Shown piece after piece: positions 30,304-39,369 of a DNA stretch of 64,000 bases. Numbering within the stretch: position 1 is the stretch's first letter; each line of letters begins with the position of its first letter. This DNA comes from Deinococcales bacterium (GTDB lineage: Bacteria > Deinococcota > Deinococci > Deinococcales > JAAFIG01). Under the pieces are notes generated by a model. That model was not told the DNA's origin, did no database searches, and saw only the letters and a list, made by a program, of their open reading frames with translations. Location of the stretch: contig JAYWGM010000044.1 of the NCBI GenBank assembly GCA_043778225.1, positions 1 through 64,000 of the forward strand, read 5' to 3'. Made by a program: the position numbers and the translations under genes.

Positions 30304-31116
30304 TCAAACTCGCTTGCCCAACATCCGTGGATACGCCACAGCCACAGTCAAAACAATCACCAAATACCGCAAATATGCACCCAAGCCCGAGCGCTTAATT
30401 TCGTCGGGCAACAAAATACTCGAGACAAAATAGAGTACAAATGCCAGCAGCACCCCAGCAAGCACAAATAAACCTTGTTGCCATCCGACTCGAGGTACGC
30501 TAAAGTCGCGGCTACCCAAAAAACCCACCATCACTGCTATGCCTCTCGAGTAGCTTTCGGGCAAAAAAATACACGCCACTCCAGCCACAATAACTAAAGT
30601 CAGGCTGATTTGCCAAGTGAGTTCTGGAATATAAAAACGACTGGCAATCCAAGCCAGTAATCCACCAATCGCTAACCCAAGCAGCACATCCTCGAGAAAA
30701 TGCACCCCAAGCGATAAGCGCGAAAAGCCAATCAAAAGAATCAAAATCGGGGTCAGAATTCGCAGCCATACATACGGCTGTGTGATGCCCAAATAGCCCC
30801 AAACAAAAGCTGCATTTTGGCTGTGACCACTGGGTAAACCGGGGCTACCGATGGTTTCTTGAGCCGCCGCACTGGTCAGGCTTGGCTCGAGGTCGTAAGG
30901 GCGTGGCAGCCCAAAGGTAAGTTTCAGTAGGGTGTTGACCGCCGCACTGAGTCCAAAATAAATACCAATTTGTCGCCCAATTTTTGGAAAGCGTAAAAAT
31001 AAAGCACTGAGAATCACAATATAGGCAATTTCTGAGCCAAGCTCGGTAATCGGTAGCCAAAGCCAGTCGAGTCTACCTTCAAAGCGTAAATACCTAATCA
31101 ACTCGAGGTTTTCCAT
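30304..31116 (-). CDS. PAP2 family membrane phosphatase
   Basis: K......RP, PSGH and SRLSLGVHFLED motifs. Confidence 0.9.
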   Translation of the reverse strand: MENLELIRYLRFEGRLDWLWLPITELGSEIAYIVILSALFLRFPKIGRQIGIYFGLSAAVNTLLKLTFGLPRPYDLEPSLTSAAAQETIGSPGLPSGHSQNAAFVWGYLGITQPYVWLRILTPILILLIGFSRLSLGVHFLEDVLLGLAIGGLLAWIASRFYIPELTWQISLTLVIVAGVACIFLPESYSRGIAVMVGFLGSRDFSVPRVGWQQGLFVLAGVLLAFVLYFVSSILLPDEIKRSGLGAYLRYLVIVLTVAVAYPRMLGKRV

Positions 31117-31167
31117 GGTTGCCAATCTACCTAAATTTCTTGTTGTGATGCGGTAATGTATTTCTAC

Positions 31168-31201
31168 TTGACAAATTGTTGTATATATGCAACAATTTGT
31201 C
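31168..31201 (+). promoter_or_regulatory. Sigma70-type promoter overlapped by a 32-bp palindromic operator
   Basis: TTGACA at 31168, 17-bp spacer, TGc-AACAAT at 31191; palindrome GACAAATTGTTG-N8-CAACAATTTGTC at 31170-31201. Confidence 0.75.
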
Positions 31202-31203
31202 CA

Positions 31204-31476
31204 ATGAAGGCGACAAAAGATAAGGACTCCAGCCCAGCCATTTATAACCGCCTAACGGTGCTGAGGGCTGAACGCAACTTGTCGCGCCAAGACCTTGCCG
31301 AGGCGGTTGGCATTAATTTTCAGACCATTGGCTACCTCGAGCGTGGCGATTACAACCCAAGTCTAGAATTGGCGTTTAAGCTCTCCGAATTTTTTAATTT
31401 GCCGATCGAAGCGATTTTCTCGAGAACCCCATTTAAGCCCTTGTCAGAATCGGTGTACAAAAAGGAACACTCATGA
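31204..31476 (+). CDS. XRE family HTH transcriptional regulator
   Basis: NRLTVLRAER.LSRQDLAEAVG...QTIGYLERGDYNPSLELA. Confidence 0.92.
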   Translation: MKATKDKDSSPAIYNRLTVLRAERNLSRQDLAEAVGINFQTIGYLERGDYNPSLELAFKLSEFFNLPIEAIFSRTPFKPLSESVYKKEHS

Positions 31477-31937
31477 CCATGAAACCTGAACCGCTCAATT
31501 TTAAGTTGGCTCGAGTCACCCCAAAATGGGCGTTTAAGCAACAATCAAGGCGCTTCTTGGTGATTGCATTTTTTGCTGTGCCATTTGTGGCTGGCACATT
31601 GGCTGGCTACCTAAATTCGCTTTGGAGTTTATTACTAGCACCATTTGCGCTTGTACCGATTTTGTGTTTTCTGTGGTTGGTTGGCGCAACTGGCGCTCGA
31701 GCCGACAGCCCCGACGAATACCTAGACGAGCGTGAGATTGCCATTCGCAACGAAGTTTATTTGAATGCTTTTCGGATTCTTGGGGCAATTATCGTGCTTG
31801 GATTTGCGGTCTTTACCTTTTTGCCAGACCTCTCGGTCAGCCCAAAAACAATTTTTGCGGTGCTTTTTCCAATTGCCTTACTGCTTCCAACTTTTACCTT
31901 AGCTTGGACTCAACCCGACCCTCTCGAGGAGGCATGA
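31473..31937 (+). CDS. Membrane protein (DUF2178-like DERE motif)
   Basis: Four TM segments; LDERE..IRN; C-terminal LP....AW..PD. Confidence 0.7.
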   Translation: MTMKPEPLNFKLARVTPKWAFKQQSRRFLVIAFFAVPFVAGTLAGYLNSLWSLLLAPFALVPILCFLWLVGATGARADSPDEYLDEREIAIRNEVYLNAFRILGAIIVLGFAVFTFLPDLSVSPKTIFAVLFPIALLLPTFTLAWTQPDPLEEA

Positions 31938-32422
31938 GTATGACCCCACCAATTAAAAACCCATTTCCAATGCCTATTCGTGCCTTGCGAATTCAGAAAA
32001 ACCGTCGGGTTCTCACGGTTCTGAGTCATTCCTTTCTGTTCTCAGCTATCATTTTTGCGCTTCTGGGACAAAATATTTGGGCATTTATTTGGCTTTTGTA
32101 CAGCATGGTCTTTAGTGTGGTTCTACATTTTGCCACTCGTAACATTGCCAATGCCATGAACATCATCACCGATGAACGCGAACGCAGTTTGCGCGATCAT
32201 GCCCACCGAATAGCTTACTGGGTGATGTCTGGAATTCTAGGCGGCATTGTTGGACTGGTCGCAGGAATTGGGGTCACTCGAGAAGCCAATACGGTACTGC
32301 TCAAGTTTGGTGACTTTACACGCCTAGATGTCCTGGTGTACTTACTGGCTTTCTGGACATTCTTTTTGGGATTGCCCACCGCTATTATTGCTTGGCTCGA
32401 GCCAGACTCAGTAGATGATTAG
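31934..32422 (+). CDS. Membrane protein, paralog of the upstream gene
   Basis: DERERSLRD.AH..AY; LPTAIIAWLEPD; GGAGG RBS and ATGA overlap. Confidence 0.7.
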   Translation: MSMTPPIKNPFPMPIRALRIQKNRRVLTVLSHSFLFSAIIFALLGQNIWAFIWLLYSMVFSVVLHFATRNIANAMNIITDERERSLRDHAHRIAYWVMSGILGGIVGLVAGIGVTREANTVLLKFGDFTRLDVLVYLLAFWTFFLGLPTAIIAWLEPDSVDD

Positions 32423-32478
32423 GAACTGACTACGGCTTTGTATTTGAACCACTCGAGATTCGTTTATTAAGGAGTTGT

Positions 32479-33903
32479 ATGAAAAAATTATTTGGCGCTA
32501 TGGTCGTTGGGGCTGGTTTATTCATCAGTATGTCCAGTGTTTCAGGGCAAGTCAACTCGGCGTTTGAAAAAGTAAATTGTCCGACTGGTATTAACGCAAC
32601 AACTTGTGGCTTTGTCAGTGTGCCAGAGAATCGGGCTAAACCCGAAAAGAAAATTAAGCTTTTTGTGACAATCTCAAAAGCAAAAACCGAAAAGCAAGAA
32701 CCCTTGTTTTTTCTGTCAGGCGGACCCGGAGAACATGGCGCTCAGTACGCTGTACTTGCTCAGTTATTTACCACTCGAGATTTTATTGCTTTTGATCAAC
32801 GTGGTGTTGGACGGTCTCTCCCTGCTTTGAATTGCGATACCACTGCGGCTGGCTCAGAAACTTTAGCAGCAAGTGCTGATGCAACCCTAAAAATCCTGAC
32901 AATTTGTGGTGAGAACTGGAAAACCCAAGGTATTGATTTAACTGCTTATCATGCGACTGAAAGTGCTGCCGATGTCAATGATATTCGATTGGCTTTGGGG
33001 TACGAAAAAATCAGTTTATTTGGCGTTTCTTATGGGACTCGTTTAGCTCAAGAAGTGATGCGAACCTTTGGTTCAACCTTAAAAAGCGTTCTCATAGACA
33101 GTGTTATCCCACCACAAATTGATCGCAGTGCAGACACCATTTACAGCATTGATGAATCGTTAAAAAAAGTCTTTGCAACTTGTAAAGCCGATGGTTTTTG
33201 CAGTGGCAAATACCCGAATCTCGAGACGGAATACCAAAACCTGTACCTCGCCTTAAATGCCAAACCCTTAGAAGTCACTTTAGCCAAGGAAACGTTTTTT
33301 ATGGATGGTGACACAATGCAGAACTTAATTTTTACCTCACTGTACAGCCCTGATGGGATTGCTGAATTACCTCAGCTTTTATTTAACTTAAAAGCTGGTC
33401 AGGGCAACGCCTTACAAGGAAAATTTGTCGAACAGTTTTTCAATTCAGTCAGTGCAGGAATCTCTTTTGGTGCGTTTTTTACCCACGAATGCCGTGGTGA
33501 ATTTGCCTTCTCGAGCCTCGCTCAACTTCGTCTTACTTATGCCGCCCTACCGCAATGGGCAAATACGTTCAAAACAAATGTTGGTATGTCGAGTGAACGC
33601 GGTTTTAGTCTGTGTCAGAACCTTGGTTTGACCACGCCGAGCGGACTCGAGAATATGGCTGTTACCAGCAATGTTCGCACCCTACTGATGGCTGGCGAAT
33701 TTGACCCCGTAACACCTGTTCGTTACCTTCCCATCGCCAGTGCTGGCTTAAAAAATAGTGTCAGTGTGGCAATAAAAGGTGGAGCGCACGCTGTTTCACT
33801 GGCTACCCAGTGTGGTCTGTCAATCATGTTGAAATTTTTTGCAAACCTAGAGATAGCGCTAGATGTCATGTGTGCCAATCAGGGTAAAATTCGTTTTCTA
33901 TAA
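32479..33903 (+). CDS. Exported alpha/beta hydrolase (tripeptidyl aminopeptidase-like)
   Basis: Signal peptide; GGPG, DQRGVG, GVSYG nucleophile elbow, DPVTP and H motifs. Confidence 0.85.
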   Translation: MKKLFGAMVVGAGLFISMSSVSGQVNSAFEKVNCPTGINATTCGFVSVPENRAKPEKKIKLFVTISKAKTEKQEPLFFLSGGPGEHGAQYAVLAQLFTTRDFIAFDQRGVGRSLPALNCDTTAAGSETLAASADATLKILTICGENWKTQGIDLTAYHATESAADVNDIRLALGYEKISLFGVSYGTRLAQEVMRTFGSTLKSVLIDSVIPPQIDRSADTIYSIDESLKKVFATCKADGFCSGKYPNLETEYQNLYLALNAKPLEVTLAKETFFMDGDTMQNLIFTSLYSPDGIAELPQLLFNLKAGQGNALQGKFVEQFFNSVSAGISFGAFFTHECRGEFAFSSLAQLRLTYAALPQWANTFKTNVGMSSERGFSLCQNLGLTTPSGLENMAVTSNVRTLLMAGEFDPVTPVRYLPIASAGLKNSVSVAIKGGAHAVSLATQCGLSIMLKFFANLEIALDVMCANQGKIRFL

Positions 33904-33909
33904 GTTTTG

Positions 33910-34068
33910 TCAGGCTTTTGCGCCAAGGCAAATTGTTTCGGGTTCAACTTTTGCCCAGTCAACTCGAACCAGAATTACCCAGCCTTTGAGCCTCAATACT
34001 CGAGTGGATGCCAACGGCAAAGGCTAGGCAACCGTTACGCCCGACGAAACAATCCCCGATGACCTAGC
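33910..34068 (-). ncRNA. Putative 6S-like RNA
   Basis: Minus-strand long hairpin: closing stem GGAUUGUUUCG/CGAAACAAUUU, 14-bp internal stem UUGCCUAGCCUUUG/CAAAGGCUGGGUAA with G-U pairs, central bubble with GGUUCGA/UUGAACC hairpin. Confidence 0.55.
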
Positions 34069-34166
34069 GAGTATCAATACCACTGGAAAGGATACAATCT
34101 TTGACCGAGCGGTGGTGCTTCTAAAAGGATACCTGCCCTGACAAAAGCACGGTAATGTAGACTCCT

Positions 34167-34571
34167 ATGTCTATTGAACGTACATTTGCGATGGTTAAAC
34201 CCGATGGCGTGCGCCGTGGTCTTGTTGGAGAAATCATCTCGCGGCTCGAGAAAAAGGGCTTTAAGATTGTTCAGCTTAAAATGCTGACCCCAACAAGGGG
34301 CATGGTCGAAGAACACTATGCCGAACATAATGGCAAGGGCTTTTTTGCTGGCTTGGTGGATTTTTTAAGTGGTGGCGCAGTGGTGGCACTCGAACTCGAG
34401 GGTGAAAATGTGATTGCCGAATGGCGGCGCATGATGGGCGCAACCCGTCCGTGGGAAAGCGCCCCCGGCACGATTCGTTTTGAATTTGCAACCACAGTAG
34501 ACGAAAATGTCGCCCATGGCTCGGACAGTTTAGAGAGCGCCACTCGAGAACTGGCAATCTGGTTTAAGTAA
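34167..34571 (+). CDS. ndk: Nucleoside-diphosphate kinase
   Basis: ERTFAMVKPDGV, PGTIR and NVAHGSDS motifs. Confidence 0.97.
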   Translation: MSIERTFAMVKPDGVRRGLVGEIISRLEKKGFKIVQLKMLTPTRGMVEEHYAEHNGKGFFAGLVDFLSGGAVVALELEGENVIAEWRRMMGATRPWESAPGTIRFEFATTVDENVAHGSDSLESATRELAIWFK

Positions 34572-34628
34572 GGGGAAAAAGGGAAAAAGGTCAAAGGGTT
34601 AAACCACTTTTGACCTTTTGACCTGGTT
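34570..34628. terminator. Inverted low-complexity repeat between convergent genes (possible terminator)
   Basis: AAAAGGTCAAA...TTTGACCTTTT arms. Confidence 0.5.
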
Positions 34629-34629
34629 T

Positions 34630-36060
34630 TTAGATCGCTTCTAAGAGCAGTAAATCTGGGTTCTCGAGCAAACGGGTGAGGTGTTTAACAAACCTTGCGG
34701 CTTCTGCGCCATCGATTAAACGGTGGTCAAACGAGAGGCTGAGGTACATCATTTTGCCAATCACAATCTGACCGTCTTTAACAATTGGGCGGTCTACGAT
34801 GGTGTGAACCCCAAGAATTGCGGCATCTGGGGCATTGATAATCGGAAAAGACAACAAGCTACCAGCACTACCGATGTTGGTCACGGCAAAACTCGAGCCA
34901 CTGATGTCATCGGGTGATAATTTGCCTTCACGGGCTTTACCAGCCAATTCGGTGATGCTTTTAGCAATCTCGAGGATGCTTTTGCTGTCCACATTTTTAA
35001 CGACTGGCACAATCAGACCAGCTTCGGTATCCACGGCGCAACCTAAGTTAAAGTATTGCTTATGTACCACTTCGCCCGTAGCTTCATCGTAGCTGCTGTT
35101 GACATTTGGGAAGACTTTCAGGGCGCTGGCAACCGCCTTAAAAATAAAAGGCAAGTAGGTAATTTTTACACCAGCTTTTTCGGCAGTTGGTTTCAAGCGT
35201 TCGCGCAACTCGACCAAAGCGGTTAAATTAGCTTCGTCTACGGTTAAGGTACGAACCGTGTACAAGTGACTGGCAATCATGGCGTTGCTAATCACACGGC
35301 GCATTCCACGCAAGGGCGTGCGGGTCTCGAGATGCTCCAAACCCTTTGGGGTGCGGTACTGTGGTGGTGGCACAGTCATACCTCCACCACTGGCAATGAC
35401 TGGCGGCGCGACCACAACTGGGGCTGTCGGCACAAGGGTTGTTCCAGCGTAAGTGCTGGCACTTAGGGTCTCGACATAATCTTTAACATCCTCGACTCCA
35501 ACTCGCCCATTTGGACCTGTACCGGGGACTTCCATAATTTCCACGCCCGCTTCTCGAGCCAACTTACGAGCGGCTGGCACAGCCAAGGGGCGACCAAATT
35601 TGTTCATGCCTGTGGTTTTGACACTACTCGAGGCTACCGACTTGGCAGTATTGGCAAAGTCCAGAGCCACGGCTTTGGTTGGCATTCCATAACTGCTGTT
35701 GGTGGCACTTTCGGTGGCGCTTTGTGAATCGTCGCCGAGGCTGACGCTTTTAACGGGAGCGCTGGCGGGGACATCGGTCGAATCAGCCACGCTGGTTTGG
35801 GCGGGGCTAACAGCAGCGCTCGAGCCATCGTTAATAATCGCAATGACTTTTTTGACCTCAACCACGCTGCCTTCTTTTGCCACGATTTTCTCGAGAATCC
35901 CCGAGTATGGGGCTGGAATTTCGGTGGTCACTTTATCGGTCATGACCTCGGCGATCATCTGCCCTTCGGTAATCGTATCGCCTTCTTTAACCAACCATTT
36001 GAGGATTTCGGCTTCAACAATCGATTCTGCCATCACGGGCATTGTCATTTCTTTTGACAT
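34630..36060 (-). CDS. 2-oxoacid dehydrogenase E2 (dihydrolipoamide acyltransferase)
   Basis: Lipoyl TDKV motif, E3-binding PAARKLARE...GTGPNGRV, DHRLIDG; AGGAG RBS before ATG 36060. Confidence 0.93.
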   Translation of the reverse strand: MSKEMTMPVMAESIVEAEILKWLVKEGDTITEGQMIAEVMTDKVTTEIPAPYSGILEKIVAKEGSVVEVKKVIAIINDGSSAAVSPAQTSVADSTDVPASAPVKSVSLGDDSQSATESATNSSYGMPTKAVALDFANTAKSVASSSVKTTGMNKFGRPLAVPAARKLAREAGVEIMEVPGTGPNGRVGVEDVKDYVETLSASTYAGTTLVPTAPVVVAPPVIASGGGMTVPPPQYRTPKGLEHLETRTPLRGMRRVISNAMIASHLYTVRTLTVDEANLTALVELRERLKPTAEKAGVKITYLPFIFKAVASALKVFPNVNSSYDEATGEVVHKQYFNLGCAVDTEAGLIVPVVKNVDSKSILEIAKSITELAGKAREGKLSPDDISGSSFAVTNIGSAGSLLSFPIINAPDAAILGVHTIVDRPIVKDGQIVIGKMMYLSLSFDHRLIDGAEAARFVKHLTRLLENPDLLLLEAI

Positions 36061-36093
36061 GGGATTCTCCTTGGGTTGGGAACACAACCACAA

Positions 36094-36118
36094 GGGCGAC
36101 CACAAGGGTCGCCCCTAC
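36094..36118 (-). repeat. GTAG-family REP element
   Basis: Minus strand GTAG-GGGCGACC-CTTGT-GGTCGCCC. Confidence 0.75.
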
Positions 36119-36121
36119 GGC

Positions 36122-37120
36122 TTAGGCGCTTAAAACCTTTTTGATCGCAGCCGCAATATGGTGAGCTTCGGGTCTCGAGAGATGATTGAGGCTGTTAAAT
36201 GGGCTTGGCATGGTGTCAAAACTGGTCACCCGTTCGATTGGCGCTTCGAGTTCGTAAAAGGCTTTTTCCATAATTTGGGTGGCAATTTCTGCGCCAATCC
36301 CCGCCGTTTTGGTGGCTTCGTGAACAATAATCACCCGACCCGTTTTTGAGACACTCTCGAGAATTGTGGCAATGTCGAGCGGCACAATCGTGCGAAGGTC
36401 TATGATTTCGCATTGAATCCCCGCTTGGGCAGCGGCTTCGGCAGCTGTTTCGATATTCTGGATCATGCCACCGTAACCGATGATTGTTACATCTTTGCCT
36501 TCTCGAGCAATTCGGGCTTGACCGAGTGGAATGTTGTAATAACCCGTTGGGACATCCATGCGAATTTTTGGGTCGCGGTAACGGACAATTGTCTCAAAGA
36601 AAAATACTGGGTCGTCATCCTCAATGGCGCTGATTAAAAGCCCTTTGGCATCGTATGGGTTGCTGGGGTAAGCAATTTTAATACCGGGCGCATGAGCCAA
36701 ATAGGCTTCGGGCGAATCAGCGTGTTGCTCGAGTAAACCCGTACCACCACCAACAGGAAAACGCACTACCATTGGCACACTGTAACGCCCTCGGCTGCGG
36801 TAACGGTAACGCGAGACATGGCTAAAAATTTGGTCAAAGGCGGGCATCATAAAGCCACCAAACTGCAACTCGACCACAGGGCGCATTCCGACTGCACCAG
36901 CCCCAATGGCTGTGCCAATAATCCCCGATTCTGTCAGTGGGCTGTCAAAAACGCGGTCTTCGCCGTGCTTTTTTTGTAAGCCAGTCGTGATGCGGTAGAC
37001 ACCGCCCAGATTGCCGACATCCTCGCCATAAATAATCACTTTGGGGTCACGCTCAAGCATCACATCCATGGCATCGGTGATGGCAGCCGCCATCGTCATT
37101 TGTTTTAGGTCTTGGCTCAT
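36122..37120 (-). CDS. 2-oxoacid dehydrogenase E1 beta subunit
   Basis: GEDVG..GGVYR, DSPLTESG and IDLRT motifs. Confidence 0.93.
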   Translation of the reverse strand: MSQDLKQMTMAAAITDAMDVMLERDPKVIIYGEDVGNLGGVYRITTGLQKKHGEDRVFDSPLTESGIIGTAIGAGAVGMRPVVELQFGGFMMPAFDQIFSHVSRYRYRSRGRYSVPMVVRFPVGGGTGLLEQHADSPEAYLAHAPGIKIAYPSNPYDAKGLLISAIEDDDPVFFFETIVRYRDPKIRMDVPTGYYNIPLGQARIAREGKDVTIIGYGGMIQNIETAAEAAAQAGIQCEIIDLRTIVPLDIATILESVSKTGRVIIVHEATKTAGIGAEIATQIMEKAFYELEAPIERVTSFDTMPSPFNSLNHLSRPEAHHIAAAIKKVLSA

Positions 37121-38265
37121 GCGTTCACCTCGAGAATGCGGCTGGCAAGAATGGCTTGTTGCTCAAGAATCTGTTGTGGTGGATTCACAAAAACATATTC
37201 GAGCAAGGCTTTGGGGTCTGGAGCAGCGTAGGCATCGGCGGCATCCAAAGCGATTTGGAATTCGCTTTCGATTTCGGCTTTCATGGCAACTTCGCGGTCT
37301 TCGTTCCAACGTTTTTCGGCGGTTAAAAACTGGCGGACTCGAGCAATCGGGTCGCGGTTTTCTGCCCAGAATTTTGGTTCGGCAGTCTCATCGCGGTAGG
37401 CTTTCGGGTCGTCGCCCGTGGTGTGGGGACGAATGCGGTAGGTCATCTGTTCGATTAAGCTCGGTCCTTTGCCGTCTCGAGCATCCTGCACCGCTTTTTT
37501 AGCCACGGCATTGACCGCCAGAATATCGTTACCATCCACCAAGTAACCGGGGATTCCATAGCCTTCGGAGCGACGCATCAGGTAATCCACGCCCGACTGA
37601 ACTTTGCGTGGCACGCTAATTGCCCAGCCGTTGTTCTCGATAATAAAAACGGCTGGCGCGTTGCGAGCCGCCGCGAAATTGACCCCGATGTGAAAATCAC
37701 CTTGGGATGTGCCGCCCTCGCCAATGTAGGTCATGGCGACCCCACCTGTTTTTTGCATCTGTAAGCCCATCGCCACACCAGCTGCATGGACAATTTGCCC
37801 GGGGATGCTGATAATAATTGGCAGAATGTTCAAGTCGTCTGGGATGCGCCAGCCTTCTGGATGTCCACGCCAATACATGATTGCATTTTGCAGACTCCAG
37901 CCATGCGTAATCATCGCGGCGGTGTTGCGGTACATTGGTGCAAGAAAATCAAGTTTTGGGTCAAGTGCCATCGCGCTGCCAATCTGACTGGCTTCTTGTC
38001 CGCCAAATTGAGCATAATTTCCAAGTTTCTGGCTTTTGTACAAAAGCATAAACTTATCGTCCAGATGCCGTAAGCGCGACATCTGACGGTACATCTCCTC
38101 GACGGTATCGAGGTCTGGAATCAAATCCTCACGCACGGGTCTGCCATCGGGTGCAAGAATCTGAAAAGGCGCGAGTTCTGAAGTGACTGGCATACTGCCC
38201 ACGAACATGGCTTCGTTCGACTCAGGTGCAGTTGCTTTCTTGGTGGTACGGCGAGAAGTTGCCAT
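37117..38265 (-). CDS. 2-oxoacid dehydrogenase E1 alpha subunit (branched-chain or pyruvate)
   Basis: GQEA, ThDP motif GEG...NN, and YR..PHTTGDD. Confidence 0.93.
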   Translation of the reverse strand: MATSRRTTKKATAPESNEAMFVGSMPVTSELAPFQILAPDGRPVREDLIPDLDTVEEMYRQMSRLRHLDDKFMLLYKSQKLGNYAQFGGQEASQIGSAMALDPKLDFLAPMYRNTAAMITHGWSLQNAIMYWRGHPEGWRIPDDLNILPIIISIPGQIVHAAGVAMGLQMQKTGGVAMTYIGEGGTSQGDFHIGVNFAAARNAPAVFIIENNGWAISVPRKVQSGVDYLMRRSEGYGIPGYLVDGNDILAVNAVAKKAVQDARDGKGPSLIEQMTYRIRPHTTGDDPKAYRDETAEPKFWAENRDPIARVRQFLTAEKRWNEDREVAMKAEIESEFQIALDAADAYAAPDPKALLEYVFVNPPQQILEQQAILASRILEVNA

Positions 38266-38395
38266 AAGAACTGCATATTAGTACGTTTGGCACTATTTGT
38301 GTTTTGCCAAAATCCAGCCCATAGACCAAAGCTCGAGAAACCATTGGTTGTGTTCAGAACGTACTGATACCCAAGTCTCGAGTATGAATTAAAAA

Positions 38396-38410
38396 TTGTA
38401 CTGAGTACAA
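38396..38410. promoter_or_regulatory. Palindromic putative operator upstream of the dehydrogenase operon
   Basis: Perfect TTGTACT-G-AGTACAA. Confidence 0.45.
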
Positions 38411-38469
38411 ATTCGTTATTTCGTGCTGTTAATCAAGGCTCAAAAAAAACCAATCGGTCTTAAAAGAGC

Positions 38470-38550
38470 AAGGGTAAAGGGTAAAAGGGTAAAAGGTATT
38501 TCGGTTTCACTTTTAACCCTTTCTACTTTTTACCTTTTTACCCTGCCCTT
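38470..38550. repeat. Paired inverted GGGTAAA/TTTTACC low-complexity arms
   Basis: AGGGTAAAGGGTAAAAGGGTAAAAGGT followed by a complementary arm overlapping the mutM 3' end. Confidence 0.6.
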
Positions 38551-39355
38551 TTGGTTGGCAATCGGGGCAAAAATGCGTTCCACGACCTGCTAAGGTGTAC
38601 TTTTCTATTTCTGTGCCGCATCTCGAGCAAGGTTGCCCGTTGCGGTCATACGCATGATGCTCGAATTGAAAGTAGCCAGACTCGCCGCTTGGTTGTTGAT
38701 AACTGTTGTCCGATAAAGTGCTGCCGCCCGCCGCAACTGCCTTGGTCATGACTTGGATAATTGCAGCGTGTAAGCGCTTGGCGGCGGCTGCCGATAACTT
38801 GGATTCTTCTGGATGAATTTTAGCCAACCATAGGCTTTCGTCGGCATAGATGTTGCCTACACCAGCCACAGGTTTTTGACTTAATAGTGCTGGTTTGACT
38901 CGAGCAACCTTTGCCATTGCCACTTGAAAATCTTTTAAGCCAAAACCAGCCTCGAGCGGTTCAGGACCCATGCTCGAGAGTGCTTTGATATGCCCCCAGT
39001 CGTTGCTTGGTACAACTTCCCAAAAACCAAAGCGCCTCGAGTCGACATAACTGACTTCAGAATCGTGCAGCACCAGCCTCAGCCGCTCAAAACGCGGTGG
39101 CTCGAGAAATGATTTATCTTGTGGCAACCTAAAGCCGCCAGTCATTTTGAGGTGGACAATACAGTCTAAGCCGTCATCTAGCCTAAAAATAAGGTACTTA
39201 CCCCGCCGCTCGAGTTTTAGGATTTGCTTGCCGAGCATCGCAGTGGTGTTGCGGTAACGGTTCGGGTCGGTATGCAGCACATCACGCACCACCCGCCCAA
39301 GCAGCACTGGCTCGAGCATACGGCGGGTGGTTTCGACTTCTGGGAGTTCGGGCAT
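38513..39355 (-). CDS. mutM: Formamidopyrimidine-DNA glycosylase
   Basis: MPELPEV, RRGKYL, HLKMTG, GVGNIYADE and C-terminal CxxC..CxxC zinc finger. Confidence 0.96.
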   Translation of the reverse strand: MPELPEVETTRRMLEPVLLGRVVRDVLHTDPNRYRNTTAMLGKQILKLERRGKYLIFRLDDGLDCIVHLKMTGGFRLPQDKSFLEPPRFERLRLVLHDSEVSYVDSRRFGFWEVVPSNDWGHIKALSSMGPEPLEAGFGLKDFQVAMAKVARVKPALLSQKPVAGVGNIYADESLWLAKIHPEESKLSAAAAKRLHAAIIQVMTKAVAAGGSTLSDNSYQQPSGESGYFQFEHHAYDRNGQPCSRCGTEIEKYTLAGRGTHFCPDCQPKGQGKKVKSRKG

Positions 39356-39369
39356 TGCCCCAGTATGGC

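Noticed and set aside
33910..34068. SRP RNA or hammerhead ribozyme
   Set aside because: There is no SRP domain IV GGAA-loop motif and no correctly ordered CUGAUGA/GAAA core.
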